DNA from: Eledone cirrhosa
Lineage: Eukaryota
Assembly: GCA_964016885.1 (NCBI GenBank)
Contig: OZ024740.1
Span: 414,904,001 to 414,968,000 of the forward strand
Length of the DNA: 64,000 bases
Reading direction: 5' to 3'
A program made the position numbers and the translations under genes. Shown here one piece after another: positions 41,314-51,721 of this stretch. Under the pieces are notes generated by a model. That model was not told where the DNA came from and searched no databases. It was given only the letters and a program-made list of their open reading frames with translations. Each line of letters begins with the position of its first letter. Position 1 is the first letter of the stretch.

Positions 41314-41529
41314 TTAACCATCTTGCATTTAAACCGGCTGTATCCAACCAGAATTCTCTCACCTCTTTCTGTTCAAACTGGCCATAACCAACCTCTCATA
41401 CTGGTCTTATGGTATTGTTCTCCAAATAAATAACATCAAAATCTCGTAGATTCGATATTATGTGAGATAAAGCCTTTACTGCAAAAATACAGCAGTAAAT
41501 ATAGGGTAATATAAATGCTAAAGTGTTAA
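41314..41529. mobile_element. piggyBac-type MITE, family A
   Basis: TTAA flanks and family body; TIRs diverged. Confidence 0.85.
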
Positions 41530-41963
41530 GGGCACAACACATAATGGTTGTAGTAAAATCTTGACTTATGACCAACTGTATAGTCAGTAGTTTAATACAT
41601 TAACCTCACAGCAATTGAGCCTCTTAAATTGGATAAATCTATTTTGAAAAATCATCACCATTTTGTCCATTTTCCATGCTTACATGGACTTGACAGGTTT
41701 TCATATTGAGGCTAGACAGGTCAGATGACTGTGTCTTACTTGTATTTTCCATTTTGTCATGGTTTTCTACTGCTAGATGCCTCCCTACTGCCAACTACTT
41801 CACAGCTTGTAACAAATGCATTTTATCATAGCACCACCACTACCACCTTCATTCTCTAAAATGTAAGAAAATATTTATGAATAAATATATTCACTTTTAA
41901 AATTTAGATGAGTGGAGAGGATTTAAAAAAAGGATGATGATACATACAATATATATATATATA

Positions 41964-42101
41964 TGAAAAAAGAGGAAGAATGATTTCACTGGTGTTTGAT
42001 GTTATTTAATAATTCAAATCTTTACAATAAGTTGTTATTGTAAAGATTGGAATTATTAAAGAACATCAACCACCAATGAAATCATTCTTCCTCTTTTTTC
42101 A
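41964..42101. repeat. Near-perfect palindrome (67-bp arms, 4-nt loop)
   Basis: 41964-42030 versus 42035-42101 with 4 mismatches. Confidence 0.95.
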
Positions 42102-42134
42102 AATTTATCCTATTGTACCTACTATATATATATA

Positions 42135-42453
42135 GTACATTAATCAGTATACACTGAGGATGAAAAACTCAGAGCTGTATGGGAGCCTCCCAAAAGTCAG
42201 CTCAAAAGTGACACAGAGGAGATTGAGGTTAGCTGGACATGCTCACCGACATCCAGAGTTGACATTGCACTCAGTGCTACTGTGGGGGCCCCTACATGGA
42301 CACACTGGAAGAGGAAGACCAAGGTTAACGTATGTTGATGCCCTAAGGACAGACACTGGTCTGTTGGAGATGCAGGATATGGCAGCGATAATGAGGGACA
42401 GAGACCGCTGGAGAGAACTCGTCCATGGATCTCGGGAATTTTACCCGCCCTAG
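42135..42453 (+). mobile_element. RTE/RTE-X-like LINE 3' end of a distinct family
   Basis: NSELYGSLPKVSSKVTQRRLRLAGHAHRH..LLWGP.HG..GRGRPRLTYVD.L..DTG..MRDRDRWR. Confidence 0.85.
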
Positions 42454-42780
42454 AAAAATATATATATAAGGGGTAGCCAATTATAGTTTAACAATGTCAA
42501 TTGACTCCACTTTTCATCAGATACTATTTTAAAACATCATACTGTACTTTAGAATTCATCTAACATTTTTTTCATCAGTAAATATTTATCATCTTATTAT
42601 ACATAATTGACATTTCCATTCTCCACAAACAGATAGTTAGAATCATAAAACTGTCTAACCGGTGGGGGTGAATTGGGACTCACAGGGGAACAGGCAAAGA
42701 ATTCAAGAGCACACGCTTTGTCCGTTCCCATGTCGATTCAATTTGGATTGCCTCAGAAACATAACCTTATTATGTAAGAA

Positions 42781-42853
42781 GCTGTCTGATGATGTCACGG
42801 CATTGGGCGCTCTGAACCGTGTGGCCACTTGTCATTGAAATATGTATCACAGC
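42781..42853 (+). ncRNA. Candidate degenerate type I hammerhead ribozyme (Penelope-like)
   Basis: GCTGT-CTGATGA-(44 nt)-GAAATATGTATC-ACAGC. Confidence 0.4.
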
Positions 42854-43182
42854 ATTATCATTAAAGGACTTTAACATCTGAAACTACTTCGCTTTTTCTT
42901 ATTCGATATATAATCCGTCACTCCTATGTGGAAAAAGTACGTTGAGTGCCTGAATTGAATTGCATCAATGTTTACCTTAAGTATATATATGTGTATGTGT
43001 GTGTGGGTGGGTGTATATATATATATGGGAGATGGAAATGTCAATTGTGTATATAAAGATAATAAATATTTACTGTTGAAACAGTTATTCTTATACTGAA
43101 TCTCCTTCATAACTACACACTAAAATGTAGAGAACTTTCTCCTGCTTACTCCCAAAATATCTTTTACTGAACACACACACAC

Positions 43183-43226
<44 letters not shown>

Positions 43227-43926
43227 TTTTTCTTGACCATTATCTTTTGTTTGGCATAAAATTCTCTAAATGGCTACAAAAAAAGAAAAAATTCCCAAAT
43301 ACAGGTTGAAATTTAATGTACTTGTTCACGTGACAGTCATAATTTCATTTATAACCAATCAAATTACATTTATAAAAAAAACTTTTTTGAGGCACTTTTT
43401 TAAGTAAAAAGAAACTCAAACACAAACGCGAAAGCTGATGTGCTTATTCACGTGACTGCATCAACCAACCAAATTTCACTCATATATGAAAAAAAAAAAA
43501 AATCCCCCCCCCCCTTTTTTTTTTTTTTTTTTAGAGGCAAATATAATAAGAACTTTGTAACGCAAACTGGCACGACATTTATTATACTTATTCACATGAC
43601 AGTCATCAACCAACCAAATTACTTTTCTAAAAACCTCACATTTCGAGCCACTTTTTTCCATATAAAACAGAAGTAACATTCGAACACCAAATAGATGCGA
43701 GAAAAACCACAAACCCTCCATCTCAATTTTACTTTTGAAAAGCACAAGAACTGTGAAACCAGTAAAGGAACCAAATAAATATTCTTAAAAAGACTCAAGT
43801 TGCATTTTCGATTTCATCTTTTTTCCTTATATACATATATATATATTTATTACTTTAAAATATTGAATATCTTTTAATCAAACCATATATTGAAGGGTTT
43901 CAACAGTTAATGTTTGTTTGCAATAG

Positions 43927-44091
43927 GAACCAGCACCTATTTATGATTTAGCCATGCTTGCACTTGATCTTGATGAATGTGGATGGACAGAAGCAGATGG
44001 CAGCAAAGAAGATCTGGCTGACTACGTTGTGAAATTCCTGTTCTCAAAAAGAGAAATGCTGCAGGATTATTTCTCTCTTGATATTGATGAG
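43927..44091 (+). CDS. MLH1: MLH1 exon equivalent to human exon 16
   Basis: [55 protein letters not shown]; 165 nt. Confidence 0.97.
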
Positions 44092-45707
44092 GTGAATATA
44101 ATCTGTATGATACTCTCTAAATATTGTAATCTCTGTTCTAATATTCATTTTTTTACCTATCTCAAATGGTCATCTTTCCCAGACAATATCAGAAGATAAA
44201 TCTAAGAATGGATAGCTGAAGTTAATAATTGCTGTTTTGTATGTCACCACTGATACTGCTTAAATACCCAACAAAGACTCTTATCTCTCTTTATATATCT
44301 ATCTATAATATAAGCAAGTGTAGCACCAAGAAAAATGTAGACTTTGGTGAGAGGAGATAGTAGAAGAATTTATTGGCTTTAACATGTTTCTGTGCCTATT
44401 ATAATAGTCTACATATGTTGACTACAATATATATTGTTCAATCATATGGAATACTTAATTACTTTTTACATGTCTTCCGAAAACTGAGTTGGCTGAGATA
44501 TTGTCCTTTCCATATGGTGTAGAATTCAGGAATGAGTTGGGTTCTAAAGGAAGACATAGGATGATATATCATCATCATCATCGTTTAACATCCATCTTCT
44601 ACGTTAGCATGGGTTAGACAGGTATATAGTAAAGACAAACCATATGAAACTGAATCCTATGACAGAGAAGACAGAGCACCATGAGAATTGGTGATAGGTG
44701 GTATTGGGGCATCATGCCCTCACTCTACCCAGGATCACTCCCAGCCCTCACAATCTCTCATGACCCTGTTAAACTCCACTACACCTGTCTTATACCCATG
44801 ACATTGAACTTGTCATTTTCTGCCCCAACTCTTGTCACTTACCTATGATCTACTTATCATCTTTCTTACCTGCCTCATCCTATTCCCACCCTAGAGCCCT
44901 TTCCCTAGTAAAGTGGTTGGTGACAGGAAGGGTATCCAGCTGTAGAAAGCATACCAAAAAAGGCCAATAAGATTATTGGGTTGTGTGAAGAGTACAACAT
45001 CCTCTCTAGTGCTGGTGATCTATACAATAAATATACTCAGTACACTCTGTAAAGTGATTGGTGATATGAAGAGCAATCTGCCAAACAAAGGGTTGAGAAA
45101 ACTCTTCAGCTGTGTCAAAGACATGACAACCTCCTTAGTGCTAGTGCCATGATAAAATGCATCCAGTGTACTCTGTAGAGTAAAATACTGTCCTGGCCCA
45201 TCTGTGAGGTCAGTAGCATTGATTAAGTTCTGACGTGGTCTGAACACTTGCTAACTGGGAAAATAGATGTTAACTGATAAGGATGAGGATGTCTGTTTAT
45301 CTCTCTAATATATATATGTGTGTGTCTGTATATCTAATATATATGTGTGTGTGTCTGTATATTTATTGCTTTATAAACAGAATTAAATATCTAAACCAGA
45401 GTTTTGTTAAATCAGCCATTTGGTCAACTGTATACGTGATCAACATACATCACACTCTACACATTTCTAATACTTTAATGTTTTTGTACCACAAAATAAA
45501 CAAATATCTTATAAGAAATCGTATGAGAAATTAAATTTTAAATGATAGCATACATCTAGTGAAGCCTCCAGCCCACACTGTAAAGTGGTCATGTAGGTGT
45601 CACAACATAAAGCATGTTTAGGGAAAATTAATAGTAGAAGTGTCAGTGCTAGGCACATTTTTCAAATGCAGGTGGGATCTATAAAGGGGGTTGATAGCTT
45701 CCAATAT

Positions 45708-46280
45708 CAAGCATGGTCATTTCCATGATGGAATCAGCGTTTTGTCCTCTTTCCTACTTATCAACACTTTAGTTTTTGCTAGGTTCACTCTCAGTCCTCT
45801 TGATTCCAACTGCTGTTTCTACAGCCGGAATTTATTCTCTAGCTCCTCTACTGATTCTGCTATAAGTACCAGATCATCAGGATAGAGAAGTTCCCATGGG
45901 CAGCCAGTCTTAAACTCCTCTGTTATGGCTTGGTGAACTATAATGAATAAGAGTGGGCTGAGGACCGAACCCTAATGGACACCTACTTGTATCTGGAATT
46001 CCTCACTAAACTCCATTCCTACTCTCACTTTACTGACAGCTCCTCTGTACATAGCTTGCACTGTCCTCACAAGCCATTCTTCTACACCTAGTTTACTTAG
46101 GGACCACCAGATGACAGATTGGGGTACTCATCAAAGGCCTTCTCTAGGTCAACAAAAGCTAAATATAGTGACTTATTCTTCTCTACAAACCTCTCTTGTA
46201 GTTGCCTCACTAAGAAGAGGGCATCTGTTGTACTTTTCCCAGGCACAAAACCAAACAGCATCTCATCTAATTTGACTCTT
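45708..46280 (-). mobile_element. RTE LINE RT-core fragment
   Basis: Minus strand FGFVPGKSTTDALFLVRQLQE, FVDLEKAFD and GCPWELL.PDDLVL; a short inverted piece of the same family lies at 45650-45707. Confidence 0.9.
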
Positions 46281-46364
46281 ATATATATATATATATATAT
46301 ATAAATTTAAATAATGATGATGATGATAATATGTATATATATATATGTGTGTGTGTGTGTGTAT

Positions 46365-46399
<35 letters not shown>

Positions 46400-47144
46400 A
46401 GCCCAGTTCAGCTAGCTATTACTAGACATCATTTAGTGGTGCTGTAAAACACACCAATTCAGTTCTAGTCTAGGATTTTATATAATTGTACCACTTTTAA
46501 ATCATATCATGAAGAAGAAGTCTTCAATGGTGACTCAACAACTCAACAGGTTATAAATCACTACTTTTCTAACTGATCATTGTTGACTACAGTGTTGTAT
46601 TATCTTTAGAAATGTAACTCTTTTAGCTACCATATTTAATTACCATCACAATCAATTATTGTCAGATGTAATTTATTAAAATTGAAACTTCAGTCAAATT
46701 CAATTTAAAAACAATAGAAAGCTGAAAGGGAAATTAAAATTGATAGTTTGTATTATATTTGGTTTCAATTAATATTTCAAACTGGAGAAAAGACCATCCT
46801 TAATATAAATTGAGAAAGATATACTAAATGCTATGGTCTGTTTAAATTTTTCTGTTTCTCTTCCTGGGGAGGTATTTAAGTATTTATTGTTTAACCCCAA
46901 GTCTGCTTTGATCAAAGGAAGTTCAGTCATGATATTGTGACTTTTTGTATATCTTGGACTACAATATCTGTTTTAAAAAAGGATATGGCCATCCTTTTTT
47001 AAAACAGTAGGATATCATTGATTTTATGGAGAATTGGCTGCTATTTCTAGTAGGTGTAATATATTCTAAAAGTACAATACTTTCTTTATCCACTAACTTT
47101 GTATTTTCCACAAGGAGCAATTGCATTACATTATATCAGACAAG

Positions 47145-47335
47145 GGCGGTGGATTGGCAGTATCAGTAGAGGGTCGGATGCCATGCTTTGCAGCAAAGAG
47201 TTATGGCCCTTTATGGTCTGAGTTCAAATCCCGCCGAGGTTAATGTTGCCTTTCATCCTTACAGGATTGATCAAATAAAGTACCAGTCACGCACTTGAAT
47301 AATTGCTGGCCTTGTGCCAAAAGTTGAAACAATTA
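47145..47335 (+). mobile_element. Full-length tRNA-derived SINE (Nin/Deu-like core)
   Basis: A and B boxes, GCCTTTCATCCTT core, 16-bp TSD ATTATATCAGACAAGG (47130-45, 47332-47). Confidence 0.92.
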
Positions 47336-47393
47336 TATCAGACAAGGAAAACATTAACAGACAAAGATGATTAATTATGGAAGTGATACTAAT

Positions 47394-47501
47394 AATTGTT
47401 TCTACTTTTGGCATAAGGCCAACAATTACCCCAGTGCGTTACTGGTACTTTATTTTATCAACCCTGTAAGTTAACCTCGGCGGGATTTGAACTCTGGCCG
47501 T
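47394..47501 (-). mobile_element. 5'-truncated SINE of the same family
   Basis: 12-bp TSD AGTGATACTAAT (47382-93, 47502-13). Confidence 0.88.
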
Positions 47502-47541
47502 AGTGATACTAATGATGTAACACAACACTAAAATAAGCACA

Positions 47542-48671
47542 TACCATATATACTCGTACATCAGCCAAGAAATATGTGACAAAAAAATTGCTGCTAAAAT
47601 TGGGGATGGCTTATATTTGAGGTCAATATTTTGCTGGTCTTCATCAACTTCAAATTCTACATAAATAAGGTACTAAAATATCTGGAGTGATTGTTTCACA
47701 ATGAAACACTGTTTTTCTGCATTTACTACATCATCATGAGTGTTATTTATACATTCCCAATTTGCACTTTTTCTATGGCTTTTGGTGTGTTTTGAATGAA
47801 CCTAGCCTTCAGAACTGTTGGAAATTATTCGTTTTTTAGTAAACAGTGGGGTTGGAGGTACCCACGGAATTCTCGGGTTTGGAGGTGAATATTACACTGG
47901 TTTCACTTTGGAGGTGAAATTTGTTATTCCTATTGTTTTTAAATTAATAGTGAGAATGTGTTCTGGCATGAGATAGATGTATTTGTAAAAATCTTCCTAA
48001 AGCTTTAATACTTGTACAACGGTAGATGGTTTCCAAGTTTTTTAAGGTACGCATTTCATTTGATGTGTATATTATAAATAAAAATTCTGTTACATTTGAG
48101 AGATGGTGCTGTCTGCTAAAAAAAACAGCAAAATACTCCCAACATTTAAGTGGCGGCAAGTAAACAAAAATTCAAGAAACTTGAAACGTTATAAAATAAA
48201 TGAAATAGCAAAAAAAAAACATTGCATAATGGAGTTGTGAAACAAAGACTTTACTCTAAATAACACTTAAAACATTTAACCCTTTAGCATTTAAACCAGC
48301 CATATCCGGCCAGAATTCTTTCACCTCTTTCTGTTCAAACTAGCATAACCGTCCGTTCATACTGATGTTAAGGTATTGTTCTCAAAATAAATACTATCAA
48401 AATTCTGTACATTCGATATTATGTGAGATAATTATGTGAGGTAAAGGCTTTACTGTGAAAATATAATAGTAAATATAGATTAATGTAAATGCTAAAGGGT
48501 TAAATATCAAAATATTGAAACTTCATAAATATATTCTCTACTCCTGAGAATTTCAAAACCACAGCATCTAAACAGAATGTGTTGATTAGTTGCCTCATAC
48601 ACGGGGTTTGGATTTTTGCCCATTTCTCAGACATAAAATAGAGAGTCGGCTTATATTCAAGTATATAAAGT
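47542..48671. mobile_element. Old pogo-type DNA transposon derivative containing a nested family A MITE
   Basis: Ends TACCATATATACTCGTACATCAGCC and GGCTTATATTCAAGTATATAAAGT are imperfect inverted repeats. Confidence 0.6.
48276..48503. mobile_element. piggyBac-type MITE, family A
   Basis: Perfect TTAACCCTTTAGCATTTA / TAAATGCTAAAGGGTTAA ends. Confidence 0.92.
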
Positions 48672-49156
48672 CACAAAAAAAACCAACCATTTGTCGAATG
48701 TTGAATGAAAAACCCAATGGTAAAACATTGAAACACTGTGCTGATGTCACAAGTAAAGCAGTAATCCCATTGTTCTTTGCCTACCATAAAATGACTGAAG
48801 GATATTATTGGAGTAACACATACCAACACCAGCCCCTTCATCCAGAAGATAAGTTTGTGAAGATCTAGAAATGTTGATGTTTCTAACAACTATACTGTAA
48901 TGAATCCATAAGAAAATATGGAAAAAAGAAAATTAATAAGCCCAGATTATAATGTAGTCAATCTATTGTTATCTAAATTGTCATACAAATTACAAGGTTG
49001 CCATTTTAAAAATGTGAATGTGTGTTTTTCACTTTTAGTGATGCCTGTATGTACAAATCTGTGTAGCACATATGAAATATTCATTACATATTAGTCTTTC
49101 TAATGCTGTAAGTTTATTTTAACTATTTATTTATACCATTTCTCATCCCAATCTAG

Positions 49157-49249
49157 AATAACAACTTATGTACAATACCAATGCTTTTAGATAACTATAT
49201 ACCTCCAATGGAAAGCCTACCTCTTTTTATCCTGCGGATTGCCACAGAG
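49157..49249 (+). CDS. MLH1: MLH1 exon equivalent to human exon 17
   Basis: [31 protein letters not shown]; 93 nt; AG/GT. Confidence 0.96.
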
Positions 49250-49369
49250 GTAAAACTTCTTCATTTTTCTCTTATACTTTTGTTTTATATTTCATTTTTA
49301 CTGGTTTCAGTATTTGGATTATAGACATCTTGGAGCAATACATTCAAGGGTTTGCAATCAATCATATTA

Positions 49370-49760
49370 ACCTCCATTACTTTGGTAGCAGTATCATCAA
49401 CTGTTACAAAGACAAAGGAGATGCTCTAGAAAGAAGCAACTACAGGGGCATGAAACTAATAAACCAACTTCTGAAAGTAGCAGAAAGAGTTATAGTACAG
49501 CTATACCTAGTGAGACAACTATAGGAGATGTTTTTAGCTAAGAGCAAACCATTATACCTAGCATTTGTTGACCTAAAGAATGCCTTTGACAGGGTACTAT
49601 GCTATGTAGTCTGGTGGTTGCTAAAAAAAATAGGCACAGTGAATGTCTTTTAGGAGAATTATAAGTCATGTTCAGAGATGCTATCAGCAAGGTGACAGCA
49701 ATGACTTCAACAAGAAATTTAGCATGCAGGTGGGTGTCCATTAAGATTCAGTTCTCATAT
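49370..49760 (+). mobile_element. Degenerate RTE LINE RT fragment
   Basis: IINCYKDKGDALERSNYRGMKL and LAFVDLKNAFDRV. Confidence 0.85.
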
Positions 49761-50209
49761 ATCAATTTTTTCCATGGATCACAAATTGGCAGAGTCATTA
49801 GAGTTCTAACAAAATACTTTGTGGTATTTGTTTCAGCTTTATTCGCTCCATTTCAAATCTCGTCACAGTCAACTTTGCCTTTCATTTTTTCGTGGTTGAT
49901 AAAGTAATTCCACCGGTCTAGAGCAGTTGATTGGTGAAATTGTTAGAACATTAGACAAGATACCTTGCATTCTGAGTTCAAATTCCAGCATCACCTACTC
50001 GAATGGTAGATTTAATTTGTCAGCAAGTTTTACACCACCACCTAGTTATTGGATTCCTCTAGTAGAGTTCTGACCAGATCTCCAGAGGATATCTTCCTTC
50101 CTCACTTCCACTGGTCTCAGAGACCTCTAAATGGCTCTGATCAAACAGTTAAAAGAAAATAAATTATAATAAATAGTTGTGTAAAGTATATTTTCATTGT
50201 TCTTTTTGC

Positions 50210-50438
50210 CTAACCCTTTAGCATTTAAACTGACCAAATCCAGCCAGAATTCTCTCACCTCTTTCTTTTCACATCGACCGTAACCAGCTCCTTATACTTA
50301 TGTTAAAGTATTGTTCTCAATATAAAAAACATCAAAATCTTGTAGATTTGATATTATGTGAGGTAATTATGTCAGATAAAGCCTTTACCATGAAAATACA
50401 ATAGTAAATATAGAGTAATGTAAATGCTAAAGGGCTAA
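50210..50438. mobile_element. piggyBac-type MITE, family A, with CTAA on both flanks
   Basis: CTAA-CCCTTTAGCATTTA...TAAATGCTAAAGGG-CTAA. Confidence 0.88.
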
Positions 50439-50962
50439 CATTAAATTTAAATATTTCCTAAGTTTTGTAATAGAAAGTGAGATGTAGTGAAAGTCAAGAA
50501 TTCTCTTATTGTTTCATAATTATGGATGTTATACGGAAAAAATGAAACGAAATTTCATTTCTCACTCTTAGTACGGCTGTTACTTAAATATAAGTATGTA
50601 TACGTACATACATATATGTATACAGACGTACAGTAGTATGTATATATACAGTAGTATGTATATATATATAATAAGCTTGAAACTAGTACAGCGTTCCTTT
50701 GTCAGTGTTGAACAAATGAGCAACGATGGTTGCTAGACACTGTACGGCTTAATTCGGGATGTTTGTTTACAAACACACCGAGCATTATAATAAATGTTCG
50801 GTGAATCCATACGTACATATATATATGTGTGAATGTATGTATATATATATACGTGTGAATGTATGTATATATATATACATACTACTGTATGCCTGTATAC
50901 ATATATGTATGTACGTATACATACTTATATTTATTGATGTTATATTTTATTTAATCACACAG

Positions 50963-51055
50963 GTAAACTGGGATATTGAAAAAGAATGTTTCATGTCATT
51001 CTGTAAAGAGGTCAGTGAGTTTTGTGTCCTAAAGAAAAGTTTACCTGCAGAAGAG
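50963..51055 (+). CDS. MLH1: MLH1 exon equivalent to human exon 18
   Basis: VNWDIEKECFMSFCKEVSEFCVLKKSLPAEE; AG/GTGAG. Confidence 0.94.
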
Positions 51056-51467
51056 GTGAGATATTCTATTTTTATTAACAACATTCCCTCTTTAAATGGC
51101 TGCTCTTTGTTTTATTGTTTTTATTTAGCCTTAGATGATCTCTGAACAAGTAGACCTATGATCAAAGCTATTCCATCTGTAACTGTTCTTTTTTTAAATT
51201 GTTTTTGATATAATTCTCTTTTTCTGCAGACATCTAGGATATCATCGCCAAATGTGTCCTTCCTTTTTTGTTAAAAAACTATAGGATATGGGATGAGGAA
51301 GAATTGCATGTAATTTCTAGCAGGCCTACTGACCACATGGTGACATCTTTGTTTGCATCACTGTAATTATTTGGCAGCATAATTAATAGAATAATAAATG
51401 CTTATGTATAATATAGTGTTCATAAGAAAATCTAAGGTAAATTGCTGTTTCACTACTCTTTTGTGAA

Positions 51468-51721
51468 GGCGCATGGCTTAGTGATTAGAGCATTGGGCTT
51501 GCAATTGAAAGGTTGTGAGTTCAATTCTTGGACCGGGTGATGTGTTGTTTCCTTGAGCAAGACACTTTATTTCACATTGCTCCAGTTTATTCAGCTGTAG
51601 AAATGAGATGATAGGACTGGCGTCCCTATCATTAAATCACCCAAGACACCTCCAACAAGATATACCTTGGAGGAGGTTAGCTAAAACCTGCATAGATGTG
51701 AGCTATAACAACAACAACAAC
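51468..51721 (+). mobile_element. tRNA-derived SINE with Meta/V-type central domain and (CAA)n tail
   Basis: A box TGGCTTAGTGA, B box GAGTTCAATTC, TCCTTGAGCAAGACACTTT domain. Confidence 0.75.

Noticed and set aside
47145-47235. tRNA genes suggested by A/B boxes here and at 51468, 58634 and 59840
   Set aside because: No cloverleaf, and they continue into SINE bodies, some with clear TSDs.
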